A stretch of 64,000 nucleotides of DNA from Trichosphaerium sp. ATCC 40318. Its lineage: Eukaryota; Protista; Tubulinea. Under the pieces are notes generated by a model. The model saw only the letters and a program-made list of their open reading frames with translations. It ran no database searches and was not told the DNA's origin. Positions 23,656 through 37,300 of this stretch are shown here, piece by piece (positions within the stretch are counted from its first letter, which is position 1; the number at the start of each line of letters is the position of its first letter). The stretch covers positions 434,001 through 498,000 of the forward strand of contig JALMLS010000354.1 in the NCBI GenBank assembly GCA_038496445.1. The letters run 5' to 3'. Made by a program: the position numbers and the translations under genes.

Positions 23656-26059
23656 ATGATGAAGCACGTGATAGTTTTTATTCTCTACATAGCGTTTCTG
23701 TATGCTTTTATAGTACCCAAAGAAGCTAGTATGCAAAAAGTTATGTGTTTTACAAAGCTAATATAAACAACAGATGCAATAAACGTCCAAGACGCTCCAT
23801 ACAATGCAAAAGGAGATGGAAAAACAGACGACACGCTTTCACTTCAACGCGCCATAAACGACTCCCATAGTGACCAGACAATCTATATACCAGTAAGAAC
23901 ATCTTAAACAACTATTTTCAACCTCACGTGCTCGTAGAACGGTGTTTACCTCGTTAACGGTCCACTTATTTTTCACCAACCTGGTTCTTCTTCCTTGATA
24001 ACAAAGCGGCGTTGGATACAAGGAGAGTCTCAAGATAAGACTATTATACTTCTGAAAGATAAATCTTCAATATTCCAAGACCCTACGAAACCACAAGGTG
24101 TAATACAAATAGGAAGAGGCGTTGCTCAAGTACGTAGTCCGATTTTTCTTCACACTCTTCAACTTTTCTCAAGCGCTAGTTGTAGAATTTTGGAAATCAC
24201 GTGTTTGAACTTACAATCGAAACTGGTTCGAACAACCCTGGAGCTTCAGCTCTACAGTATGATTCAAACAACGAAGGATCTATTAGAAACGTTACTTTGA
24301 AATCAACAGATGGTGATGGTGCACGTGGCCTTGATTTCGCTTATACAGGCCAAGAAGGACCTCTGCTAGTTAAACATCTTACTGTTGAAGGTTTTAGAGT
24401 TGGTGTTGGTATTGGATACTCAGTGGACAGTGAGACTTTTGAGCATGTCATACTCAAAGGACAATTAGATTGTGGTATTAAAAATGCAGGCCAGGTGATA
24501 AGTGTTCGTGGGCTAGACAGCACGAACGATGTACCTTCATGTACATCATCAGTTCTAACCTTTAACTTGTAACCTTTCGTGTTAGTGTGTAGCAGTGGGT
24601 CTTCTGTGACCACTTTGATTGATTCTACGATCCAGTCCATGTCATCTACAGCTGATACTTCAATTACGTACTCCGGAGGCGGAATGTACATTCGGAATCT
24701 TCAAACAAAAGGATTTTCAACTGTTATCTTTAACGCCAAGACAACCACAAATGTGACATCGCCGTATGTGGAAGAATGGACATCAGCGCCAATTATTCCA
24801 GGATTGTTCTCGAAAAAGACAACCTTCAAATCACTTGATATACGAGAAACGCCAGTGTTACCCTATAATCCTGTTGAAGATTGGATTCCGCTTGTAACAA
24901 GTCCAAGCACTGAGTGTACTCGTACACAATCTGGAGAAGGAAATGTCAAGTACGATTGCAGTGAGGCTTTTCAAAATGCAATAGACTCAGGAAAGAAAAC
25001 AGTAAGTCTTCATTGTGATCAAGTAACAGTTTCTGACGATATTTTTCAAATCAGGTCTATGTTCCTAATAACTTACCAGAGTTTTATTGTTTTTCGACAG
25101 AATATAACCCTCTTATTCATGTAAGAGGGAATGTAGAGAGAATAATAGGATTGGGATCGAAGCACGTGATATTCAATAAGAGTATTTACAATCCGAAACC
25201 TAATGATACTTTTTTGACAGAATAAATGGCAACTGCACTTTCTCTGTAGGAGATGCTGGTCCAAAGATTGTCACCATTGAGCGATTTGATAATTCGTATC
25301 AACACACATCAATACTTCAAGCCGGATCACGTACACTGGGTAAGTAAGTTCCACCTATTTGTACAAATATCAAACAATAATCTCGTTTTTTTTAGTTATT
25401 CGAGATGTTCTTGGTTTAGTCCTTGGTAACAATACAGGTTTTGGCGATTTATTCATTGAAAATACTGTAAGCAATCCTCTGAAATTCACGTGCGTACCTC
25501 AGCTTATTGCTTGGAAAGTCCTTCATGCAGAAAGATCATCCATTCGCAGATTCTCTGTTTTTGTATGTTGAGTTACTTTTCAGGAAGCAGAATGTGTGGT
25601 ACAGACAACTCAATCAAGAAGGAGATACAACGCACGTACAAAACATTGGTGGAAATTTGTGGGTTCTTGGTTTGAAGACAGAAAGAGCAGGTACCCTTGT
25701 ATCAACAACACAAGGCGGCAAAACACAAGTTGACGGGATGTTTGTTTACTCAACATCCAAAGTACCTAATCCTTCTCCAATGATGCTTTCTGTGGACTCG
25801 AGTATAGCCTTTACATACGGAGGTACATGCAAAGTTGTTAACAATCAAAACCCTCAAGAACAGTAGACAATTACAAAACAAACCAGTTGCTAATCAGATT
25901 ATAGAAGCTTGTTTCACTCATCACCCGTTTGACATACTGGTACAAGAGATGAGAAACAATCAAGTTATGACATTGAATAGCACCCAACATGGTATTATAC
26001 CTGGACTACAGGGAAGATCAGGCGGAAGCATGATCGTCCGGTACACTGGCGAGTCATGA
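23656..26059 (+). CDS. Secreted pectin-lyase-fold (Pectate_lyase_3 / GH55-like) beta-helix protein
   Basis: Signal peptide MMKHVIVFILYIAFLYA. Motif INVQDAPYNAKGDGKTDDTLSLQRAIND...IY. A second YDCSEAFQNAIDSGK motif. C-terminal GGNLWVLGLKTE. Confidence 0.78.
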
Positions 26060-26140
26060 ATCACCCCAAATACGAGACATGTCACAAAATACTACATGCT
26101 CTTACAACAGTTTTTTTGCAAGCTATGGTTTTGCGATAAT

Positions 26141-27043
26141 CTATTTCTTTAAAATGCCATTTTCGTACCACTCTACAGTTTCACTTCGTTTACCATTAAT
26201 CCATGTGTGTTCTGCCCTTTGTTGTCCGTTTCTATACCATGCTTTTACTATTCCATCTTGTTCACCATTAACATAGTTGCTTTGTGCTTTAAGCTGTCCA
26301 TTGTCATGCCATTCTTTGGCTTCCCCATGTTGTTCATTGTACACCCACATTATTTGTACATGGAGCTGCCCATTGTTGTACCATTCTTTGTATTCACCAT
26401 GTAGTTTATCATCAACCCACATACCCTGTTCCTTAAGTTGACCAGTTTTGTTCCATTCTTTGAATTCACCATTACGTTTATCGTCAACAAACATACCACG
26501 TGTCTTAAGTTGCCCATTTTCATTGTCATACCATTCTTTGTATTCACCGTGTATCTTATTATCAACCCAAATGGACTTTGACTCAAGTCTTCCGCTGTTA
26601 TACCACCATAAGGATTCTCCATTTAGTTTACCATCAATCACAATATTGTGTGCTTGAAGCTGTCCATTTTCATACCACTCTTTGAAGTCACCATTTATTA
26701 TGCCATTGACAACAAGATATTTCTTCTTAAGTTTTCCACTTTCATAAAACACTTTGTATTCACCGTTCTGTTTACCATCAAGCACCATATATTGTTCTTT
26801 AAGTTGTCCACTCTCATACCAGATTTTACCAGTTCCATTCTTTGCATATTCATGTGTATGTACTTTCCCACTTTTATACCATTTGATCCATTTTCCTTTA
26901 CGTTTTAAATGTTCATCGAAATGTGTATTGATTGCTGCTCTTTTTGATAGTAAGTGAAAGTTTTTGAACACTTCATTATTGAAACTACAAAGGTACTCTT
27001 GAAGTTCGCACGGAAGGTCAAGTAAATGCAAGGACGAACACAT
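26141..27043 (-). CDS. Intronless F-box-like plus MORN-variant repeat protein (paralog of 17653-19128)
   Basis: LLDLPCELQEYL N-terminus, then about 10 repeats of GEYKEWY.NGQL......V.GK. Single 300-aa ORF. Confidence 0.85.
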   Translation of the reverse strand: MCSSLHLLDLPCELQEYLCSFNNEVFKNFHLLSKRAAINTHFDEHLKRKGKWIKWYKSGKVHTHEYAKNGTGKIWYESGQLKEQYMVLDGKQNGEYKVFYESGKLKKKYLVVNGIINGDFKEWYENGQLQAHNIVIDGKLNGESLWWYNSGRLESKSIWVDNKIHGEYKEWYDNENGQLKTRGMFVDDKRNGEFKEWNKTGQLKEQGMWVDDKLHGEYKEWYNNGQLHVQIMWVYNEQHGEAKEWHDNGQLKAQSNYVNGEQDGIVKAWYRNGQQRAEHTWINGKRSETVEWYENGILKK

Positions 27044-28089
27044 GTTATTTTATCAATCCTAAAAGAAAATTGTAAATCAATTGTAGACACGTGGTGTTTG
27101 ACGGCTATTATTTAAGTTTTCCTAGCCCCCAAGCTGGAATTAATACTACTACGACCACGTCTCACGTATGAATTTAATGGATAAACACAAAAAGCCATTC
27201 GTTAACGTACTTTGCTTTCAAATCAGTTTTTAGGATGCAAACGTAAAAATCACTGCACGTGGTTAACTAATACCAGTACTATATTCAATGCTTGAAGCGA
27301 TGTGATTTTACAGCTGAGTAGGTTAATCACAACTGTGCCTCTTGAACTGAACCTTTACTTAGTTGAGAGTACAGATTGCCTTGCATTCCTCTAATTTGGT
27401 GTAACTGTTGGAGTGGATTTGAGTCAAAGTTATTCCAGTATGGCCATACAGGCCAAGCTGTACTTGTTGAAACTATTGCTTGTGAAGGCTTTAATATAAG
27501 TACATGCCTTTGGTAACTCGATTATGATAATGTGTTTTAGCACTATATTGCAATATTTTAAGGGCTCATTTTGAAAGTACAATAAATGAGGTGTCAAATA
27601 CTTTGACAAATATTACTTTCTGTACCGTAAGAACAAATGAATCGCGTCTTTGTTGAACGTAATACTGTGCTCTCATTGCAAATTGGACTGATAGTGGGTC
27701 AAATAGTGCCTGAAATGTCACATGATTTCAGTGACGCGCTTTACGGTAAGTTTTCTGAAAATATTTATTGTTCACGTGATGTGACAGTCAACAAATGGTA
27801 TGCAAATACCCTGAAAAAACAAAGTACAACTAATTAACCTTGCTACGTATAGATAGCATCTCGCTTGTTGCACTGCACTAATGTCACGAAAGAACTTTTG
27901 GAGCTACGAAAAGATTAAGTATACACTGTCATTGTTAAGGTAATGTGCGCTTTACAGCCTAGATTGAATTGGATTTGTGCCTATTGCGCGGTGTAACAAC
28001 GTACCCGGACCATTAATACAATCAGCAATGCTGTGTAGCCCTTTTCTGTAATTGCAAGCAGTAATGACATTTTAAGCTAACGACATAGT

Positions 28090-30526
28090 CCTTGATGCGT
28101 GGGGCTGTTGGTAAACGGAAATTGCTTCAAAAAAACTATTCTCAACGATGGGGCGTCACAGAGAACCTAAAATCATTCGTTAGAGACGTTAGTAGTCGGG
28201 TTTTAGCTTTTATACACACCATTTTATGCTTATGAACACCTATTAATTAAAAGCGCTCAAAACGTTCTAGAACACATTCTATCGAGCTCAAAACGCGTAG
28301 GTAGAAAGAAAATTAAGTATTAAGGGCATAGACGACTGGTACGGAATAACATCGACAAAATTACGCGCAAACGGTGGTGTTGGTCCTCTTATGTGCGCTC
28401 AGAACTCTATTCTCAACGTTTTGTTTTGACATTGTTGTTTTCACAGATTTTATGGATCACTGTTAAAATTTCTTCAATGTGCTTACCCTCATCATCATTG
28501 GCAACCTTGGAAATTTCGTATGTGTTCTTGTTAGTATAGAATTAGTTTTTAAACTTCTTTGTATCATAGGTGTATTTCCACGTGATGTATGGGACAGTAA
28601 AGAACCCTTTGTAGAGTTTACAAAATACGTTCGTTTTTTTGAAAATACAAAAATGGTGTTTGACTTGTCGTGTTGGAACTTATACCGTGCTTCAGGTTGA
28701 AAGGACGCTGAATATAACAAAGGTTCGTCAATGGCTACATATAACTCGTAAGGATATTCAAAGTATTGGTGGGGCTACACTGTTCGAGTAAGATAATGAC
28801 TTTTTTCGAATGATTTTGCTGGTTTTTTTTCTATGTATTTAATGGCTTGTCACGGTCTTGGTAAATGCCAAATTCGATATAAAATTCGCATTTGTGGTGT
28901 ATATTTCATATTTAAAAAAAGTACCTACAACGGTTTTCTTGATGTCGTTGCTTGGTACAACTAATGTTTTAATTTTCTTTCTAGAAAAGTCACATTTTAC
29001 GACTACCTGAACCACGTTTACCCAGAGTATGAATGGAAAAGATTCAAAAGAGGTTAGATTTTGATGAATTTTATTTTCACGTGTCTCTTATCTTCGTTTC
29101 TTTAGATAGGCAAGGTCTTTTTTTTTCTTTGAAAGAATGGGTTATTCAGGTAACTTACTTTTTATCCGTCCGTTGTTAGTTATGCTTTAACACACAGTGT
29201 TCTCTTTAGTTTGAGCGCCATAATGCTATGACAGAAATAGTAGATTGGTATCATGTATCACTGCTGGATGCAAAACAATTTGGTGGTTCACCTTTTGTTA
29301 GGTACATCTAAACATTTTGTTACTTTTTCTTTATCTTATACCCTGTTTCAATTAAGCCGATACGGTTCTGCTTCTATATATAGACTTTTGCATGTAGTGT
29401 ATCCTGAACAAACATGGAAGGGAATGCATTTTAGTACGCGAAGAGAAAGATTAATGCCAACACAATGATGAAACTAACTTTTTCTAAAAGGAAAAAAACC
29501 TAACTATTTTTGGAATGATAGTGCCAACGTTGAAAGTGCTATACGAGAGGTAAGTGCCGAGAAGTAACCATGTAAGGTTGTTAAAATCAAGAGTTCGTAG
29601 ATAGAGAGTACTCTTGGTATTAAGAAGCTGGACGACTGGTACAAAATCCACACCAACAATATTCTGGATGTTGGAGCTATTACGCTTGTTAGGTATACTC
29701 AAAATCCTCACTTTTTACGAGTTTTTCTCTAATTATATAGGATACATGATAATTCCTTACAACGTATGCTATCTCATGTTTATCCTGATCATTACTGGGA
29801 GCCATGGAAATTCTGTATGAGCAAAAACAGTAACAAAAAAATATCTCATTGGTTTGTTTTAGATTCTGTTGGACAACGGTTCTGGCACCATAGAGATAAT
29901 GTAATCGATTTTGTTCGATATGCAGAAGGAGTTTTAAATGTAAAAGAGATTTCAGATTGGACAAGAGTAAGTGTTCGGAAGGTTTGGTCTATTGGTGGCA
30001 GAGGACTTTTTAAGTAAGTGACAAACCGTTCATCTCAAAAAAAACCACCTCGTTTTAATAATGGTCTCTAGTATCCATAGAGACTCTCTACGCAGCCTCA
30101 CTAAATATGTATACCCTGATTATAATTGGAGTGAATACAAGTTCCGTAAGTCCATAAGACTCAACACAGCATCTGTTGCTAACATGTTACGTTCTCTCAA
30201 GGTCGAAGAACAAGAAATTACTTTAAAAATGAAAATAACCTTTTTGAATTCATGGAGAAGCTGAAGAGTACTTTAGCTATTGAAAAGACTAGCGATTGGT
30301 ATCGTGTATCTGAAGGAGACCTTCAAAAAAATTATGGTGCACCATTAGTTCGTGAATGGCCACAGGCGCTTTTAGATGCTTATCCCGATGAAGCTTTTGA
30401 TATTGTACAGTTTAAAGTGAGAGGTAATACGAAGGCTGTACAAAGGTAAGGTTACAGGGTGTGTGTGATGGTATTTAACTGTTTGTTAGGTCGTTGCTGA
30501 CCTTCACAAAAGAAATATTTTTGTAA
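28090..30526 (+). CDS. Trp-rich tandem repeat protein (~65-aa units), function unknown; start not resolved
   Basis: Recurrent unit W....N...F...L.I...(D/S)DWY.V...GG..L...L...YP(D/E)..W..WKF in successive exons (IDDWYGIT, YPHHHWQPWKF, YPDHYWEPWKF, ISDWTRVS, TSDWYRVS). Confidence 0.7.
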
Positions 30527-31286
30527 TAGTAAACCAAAAAAACCAAACAAATAAAGATACTTTGTAGCTGTGCGCATGTGTTGCTGTTGAACTGGTATCA
30601 ACGCTTGGAGGAGTTTCACTAGTGACGTAACTATCTAGACTAGTTCAAACTAGGTTTTTTGGTACTACTGCTTATGACGCTAAGTGAAAGCGAAAGCAGT
30701 GAAGCTACTACAGCATTTTTTACTTTTCGTTAGGAGTGAACTCATCAAGTGTCTGTATTTTGTTCGTAATCGACGTACTTGTATGCATTGGAAAGCTTCG
30801 CATATTTTCAAGATATGGGTACAGTATATAGAAAAGGCAATACCTCATGAAACCAAAACCCGAAATCACGTTTTTCTTCTATTTTTTGGTTTTTTGAATT
30901 TAGTTCGTGACAAGACAAACTGCTCCGTATACTCAGGGAGAACTTTTGAGCTTATCACCAAGCCACGCATGCGAATAAGACTAAATTTCAAAGAACATTG
31001 AAATTTGGCAAGTTTTTGGTTTGACCAGCGTTCACACTCGTCCGATGAGGTCGGGCGCTATATGCGCAAAAGAACTTGGGAACGTAAACAAAACCTTTGA
31101 AATTTACATCTTGAAGATTTACTACATCGGGTCAAAAACTGAACGAAAAGTGAAGAAATCAATTCACTGAAAAGTTGTTCTCTTGGTCATGACAGGTCAT
31201 ATCCCTTTTAAGTAGTAAGAAAATACTCCAGTTTTCAATTGAATAGACTAGAGTAACCATACAGCTCTCCTGAAGATCAATACAAC

Positions 31287-34284
31287 ATGTTAAGCACACG
31301 TACGTAAAAAGACATCAAAAAAAATAAGTGCCGCCATTTTTAGCTCGGAGTTGGATCATATTCTTCAGAAATTGGTTGTAGCGTTTGTTTTAATGTCTAC
31401 TTAGGCGTTGGTTTGTTGCTTATAGCCCTTTTTGCGTTTTCAAGTTTATGTGCAGACAGACGGTTCTTTTTCAATTATAGATGTAAGAAAGGATGCGCTG
31501 CACAGATATTTGATTACTTCTACGGTGGATACTTGCTTGGAGAAAGACCAAATGTTGCAAGTATTGATTACAACCCAGGTTTAGATGCGTAAGTGCATGT
31601 GCTGTGATTATAGCGCAACACGAACTAGTTTAATTGGTCATTTGTTTTAGTGTTTTTTTTTCGGTGCATTTGCTAAATAAACTCTCTAGTTATGGACCTA
31701 GAACATCATTTTGGAACAAAAGAGAAACCAACGATGAAGAACCAGACTTTATAGGTCCTGTTATGGGTGATTATAATGGAACAACGCTTTATGGTACGTT
31801 TTTAATTCGGTTTTTGACTTTGGTTTTTTCTTCCACTTATTGTCAAACTTAGGTATCGATAAAGACGATTTTGGTTACTTTAGCGTTGTTGCTATTGACA
31901 TGGATGAAAAAGAAACGTCTGGTGATCATACAGGAGAAGGAAAAACAGAAGTACTTTGGGAATGCAGAGCTCCTGCTTATACTCAAGGTGATTGCCAACA
32001 AATGGCGTATACAATCTTTTCTTCTTCCATTGCTTTCGATCACGAAAACCGCAATCTATATTGGACTGGCAAAGTATTGAATGGATCATCTACGAACGGA
32101 TTTTTCCGATTTAATGTTGATACAAGAGCTACGCCTGAGGTACGTCTATTTTTCCAAAGCTTCATTTCTTGTTTTTACCGGAACTATCCACAACACTAGT
32201 TGTTATGGTATATTACACCAAATCCCTGGAAACCTGAAAACTTAAAAGCTTTCTTATTTTTGGAAGCAAACTATTTTTTCGTGTTTTCTCTTGAATCCAC
32301 AACTGACCTAGCGTAGTTTCTTGATTGGACTCCGTACACTGTAGCTAAACAACGTGGTCAAATGAGAATATTCGAAGGTTTTCTTTATGATGTAGTGCGC
32401 ACAGATGTATCCTCAGCCGATGAAGGCATTTTCCGATACAACATTACAGACGGAACAAGAGAACATTGGATGGTGCCAAGTAAGTACTATGATTATTACG
32501 CCAAAGATTGCTTACACTTTCACTTAGGCGATTATGACAGCAGAAGTAATATCGAACCTTATGGATTCGCTATTGATTATGTAACCCGTATGGTGTACTT
32601 TTCTATAGCAGACGTCAATAAGGCATCTCCTGGACGCATTATAGTGAAAAGTCTTGATCAGACAACAGTTTCACCTTTTGAAGAAGTACGCCTTACTTTC
32701 AGTTGTTTTGATGTGCACGTGACTAACACATGACATAGTTAAATGTTGGTCCTATACATAGAAGAATTTATGGTTTAGAAATGAACCCTGGTAAAGAACT
32801 ATACATGCTTTCAGAAGAGCCAAACGTAGTTCGAACAGCTGTTCCTTTTGGTAATACCAAGATGATATGTCGATTCATCTTAGATATCGCTTTGCCACCA
32901 CTCGCCAACTGCGATCTCCTTGGTTTGGGAACTGAACAGGGATCCAGATATTTGGCAGTAAAACCAGGAGATAAGATACACATACCTGATTACCCAAGGC
33001 ACAACATTCGTCGCTGCTTTATCTTTCTAATTTCTTGGCGTTTTTAGTATTTCAATTCCAGATGCAGCATCTGTTGACTTTCAAGATGGAGAAGGAAGGC
33101 CACTCTGGGGTAAATGGGAACAAGGATTTTCTGGATCCATTTGGACAACAACAGACTTTGTCCGTAACAATCGTGTGGAGTACTTTGAGAAGCCATATGG
33201 TGGTCGTAACCAAGTAGCTGGTATTTATGTTGACGTACCAAACAGCGTAATATACTACCAGTCCTACTACAAATGGGCTATCCGTAAGATCGACATGGTG
33301 ACAAGCGAGATATCAGATACTTGGCTATGTCCATATCCTACATACTATACACCAGATGAATGTAATCTTGCTATTGATAATTGCGAAGGCGATGAATGTA
33401 GTTTCACTTACGATCCTAATACATCAACATTTATATGGGTTTCAGATAACAAAAAACACTTTTACTACCAAGCAACAAACCCTGATCCTTCTCATCTCCC
33501 AACTGAGTACACGTGGGGTGATGACATTGGAGTTACTCTTGGCGCTATGGTAGTACAGGACGGATATGTCTACATACCTGGCGGTTCCGTTGGTATTCAA
33601 CGTAAACTCATTTCAGATATCACAAGCGGAAGTACAAATGTTGAAGTATTCGCAGATCCAAATGATTGGACAGACCTTCCTCTTAATGGCTTACACTTTT
33701 ACAATAACGTCATTTACCTAGCCACAAAGAACGCTATATATACACACCCTGTGGCATCTACAATCGCTTCATCAACAGCAACATTGATCGAATTTAACAA
33801 GTATTCATCTTGGACATCAAGCTGGCAAGTACAAGCTGTTGCGGCTACAGAAGATGATAAGCTTTACTTTACAGTCGACGACGGAAACGACGTATATTTA
33901 GCATTTATACCAGCTGCTGGTAAACCAGGACAGACGCTTGGTCTATCAGAGGTATGGGTAGATCATAGAAAAACAACGGGAAGCATGGAAAAATTCTTGT
34001 TTTACTATCCACCAACTACACCTACTTCTTCGCCTACAATTGCACCTACAGCTCCTGTGGTACCAACTACTACTGCACCTGTTACACCAACTACAACAGC
34101 TCCGATTGCGCCTACAGCTCCTGTGGTACCAACTACTGCACCGCCTGTTACACCAACTACGGAAGCTCCCGTCATGCCTGTGGCTCCTACAACAGTTGCT
34201 CCAGTTGATTCAAGTGCAAATAATGTTATGAGGATTTCTACTTTGTGTTTTATGGCTTTTGTAGTTTCAATATTCTTGATTTAG
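31287..34284 (+). CDS. Cell-surface protein: beta-propeller-like ectodomain, Pro/Thr stalk, hydrophobic C-terminus (probable GPI anchor)
   Basis: Hydrophobic leader GVGLLLIALFAFSSLCA. YWTD-like blades (IAFDHENRNLYWT, FAIDYVTRMVYFS, IYVDVPNSVIYY). PTTTAPV repeats at 34010-34205. Terminal LCFMAFVVSIFLI. Start approximate. Confidence 0.72.
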
Positions 34285-34355
34285 ACGTGAATAGAATAAA
34301 AAATAGTTTTAATTAATACTGCCTACGGTTTTCTTAAGTTATTCATTATAGGCTG

Positions 34356-37300
34356 TTACACACTGGTGGTTTGGTCTTCGTTACTGCCGCCTGTATCGCT
34401 GTTATTCAAATTGTCTCTTATATCAATGAAGGAGGGCCTATCAGCAGGCTTAAACTCCCAACAGTCCTTCATTATATTCTTCCATTTTGGAGATATACTA
34501 TCATCAACGTCTGGAGTATGACCTTCATCTCTAATCCTTACAGCAAGGTCCAGTATATCCCCTATTTCACCAAACGGTGATTTTTTGTAAATCAACTCCC
34601 ACATTAGCATTCCAAACGACCACACCTTATTTCAATGAAAAGTAAGCCTTGATCAAGACAGCAGAACATAAACGTACATCACTTTTGAACTCGTATTTTT
34701 TTCTGATTGATTCTGGACTCATCCACCTTACAGGACCAATATTTGTCTTTGTACTTTGTATAGTTGCATTAAATATCATTTTCCTTAAGAAAAAAATTAG
34801 AAGGAGCTTTATTCAATGCGTGTATTTTGGACGTACCTTGACATACCAAAATCGCTTATTTTCAATATGTCATCACTGGATACCTATCATTGTTAGTCAA
34901 CACACAGGACTACACAAATACTGCGTACCAGTACATTTCTACAAGCCAAATCTCTTTTGGGTTTTTTCAAAGATTAGCACGTGCGTGGTGTTAAAAAACT
35001 TGTTTTTTGATCGTACCTGTGAATAATATTGTTTGAATGAAGAAATACCATGCCGCTCACAATTGATTCGAAGTATGTTGTTAGTACAGTATCAGAGAAT
35101 GTATTTTTGGCTTTCAAGTATATATCTTTCAGAGATCCTTTTGCCATGTACTCAAGAACAAGCATAGGGGTACCATTATCGATACAAAGCCCAATTGTGC
35201 CAACAATATTTGGATGAGGGTCAAGTGCCAAGTTCAATTCAACCTAGTATGCCACTGTTAGGTTAAAGCAAACTAAAATACTTTTTGTAAAAAAATTGAA
35301 GTGTCTAAATGTACCTCAAGAAGAAACGCCCTGTTTTCTTCGCTATACTCATTAGCTATCTTTACAGCCACTAACACGCCTTTAAACTTTCCTTTCTTTA
35401 CTGAACCAAAACTACCAGATCCTGGTTGCAAAAAAGCTGTCAGTGGTTATTGCATGTGAACCAAGATTACCTATTTGTTGGCCTAATACCAGCTCATCTC
35501 TTTTCAATAAACTTTTAGAACCAGTACCAGATAAAGTGTCAAATGGTAAAATATCGTAATCAACGGTGCTTCTGTGAGTTTTAATATCCGCTGTTTGAAC
35601 AAGTTCTTCCACAGCCGAGTTTGTAGACTCATGCTTTTTCTTCTTTCTGTAGACCAAATATAGCACTAACAAGATAACCAATAATCCAAGTAGTACCACT
35701 CCAACTATAAGTCCAATCAATAGACCTTGACTTTGTTAGCAACAAACGTGAACTTGTTCAATAGAAAGGCTTGCTTTTTGAAGATTCGTGATTACGAGCT
35801 ATTATCTGCTGTCCAGTGTTGTTTGAGATTGATACGTTTAAAGTTTGTGTAGGTGAAGCTGTTGTGATCAAAGGCGTTGTAGGGGCAGCCGTTGGCATGG
35901 GCGTTGTAGGCGCAACTGTTGATGGTGTCATTGGAGGTAAGGCCATTACGCTCTGAAAGCAATTTGTAACAGGTTCAAACAAACATTCTTGTTTATAGTA
36001 TAGCTCCCCAAAAAAAATAAAACGATCTAAATACCAACTTATATCTGTATGAAAGTTTGTACAATCTGTTTCTTCGCGTAAACAGATCTGGTAGTAAAAT
36101 AAGAGTTACGTACTTCAATTTCAACATGTGATATTAACTTACCGCAGCTTTATCAACATATCCACAACCATCAGTAGCTGAGTTTGTACAAACTGCGAAT
36201 AGGTTTGGATGTTCACGGCATCGTCGAAAAATAGAGTTATGTGTTCTTTCTGTTGAGATACATTGACCGGTAGAGGTGTCAATTTACAAACAACTTTTTT
36301 TTTGGGGTTCAAATTGCTTACCTGTTACAACATCGCAGTAGCTTGGTTTACATACCTCATTTGAAAAGCAGTCTGGACACGCTTTCTTTTCACCTATTTT
36401 ACACTCTGGTCCTGTGTTGTTATACTCACAGTACCGAGGAACAAAGTTGCCATCAACAAAAACTACATGTAGGTTAATACTAATCAGTTTGTATCTAGCT
36501 ACCATTATTGTAACAGGTGACCTCAGGCCGTCTTGTTAACACTGTTGGATCGCAAAATGATTCGTGTTCGCCTAATGGAATAAGGCGATGACGTAGCATT
36601 TTGTACGTACAATGGATACTAACACGAGTTGCAGTAATTGGATATACTGGACTTGGTCGTGTTGTACAGCCCATATCAGCACTTAAACAGCTATCTCTTG
36701 TACACGGATTTACATCATCGCAAAGAGAGTCTGAACAAGTACAAAATTGTTCACAGGTGCACGTGACTCTACATCTTGGACCACAAAAACTTCTCACCTC
36801 TATGTATTAATAAATATAATCTGGTGAAGTAAAACAGAATAAGTACCTGGACATACTCTACGCGCCATGTTTGATAGAACTCTGACAGGTAAATCATCCA
36901 TTGTCTGCGCAATGAAGTGATTGGAATCATCAACTTTAAAACTACTTTCAGAGCCAATTTGAATTGAAATAATAGTGAACTCCTATTGTACGGAGTCAAT
37001 TGGATTCTACCGAGCGTTGCGAAGTACCTCAGACTCGAGGTTTTTCACAACAACTGATGAGTTTAAGTCAATGGTAAAGGCATTGCGGTGTTGATTAACA
37101 ATGATCATTTTGTTGTTTCTCTTCTTTCTACCGAAGCCCTCAATGTGAGTACTTGCCTCCAAAATCCCTAAAATTGTCTTAGCTGCTTTCCTCCTGAAAG
37201 GAACTGTACCTTCCGTCACGTTTGACGAAGATCCAATAGAGTTATCCTGCCTTATGCCATCCAAAGCAAGCAAGAATTCCTCTTTTGACCTAGTGGCAAG

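Noticed and set aside
17653-27043. A single integrated viral element bounded by the two MORN genes
   Set aside because: The intervening genes are ordinary intron-rich host genes. No viral hallmark genes, integrase or terminal repeats were seen.
27325-27495. Possible minus-strand exon (PSQAIVSTSTAWPVWPYWNNF...)
   Set aside because: Short, no recognisable homology, and no upstream exon could be linked.
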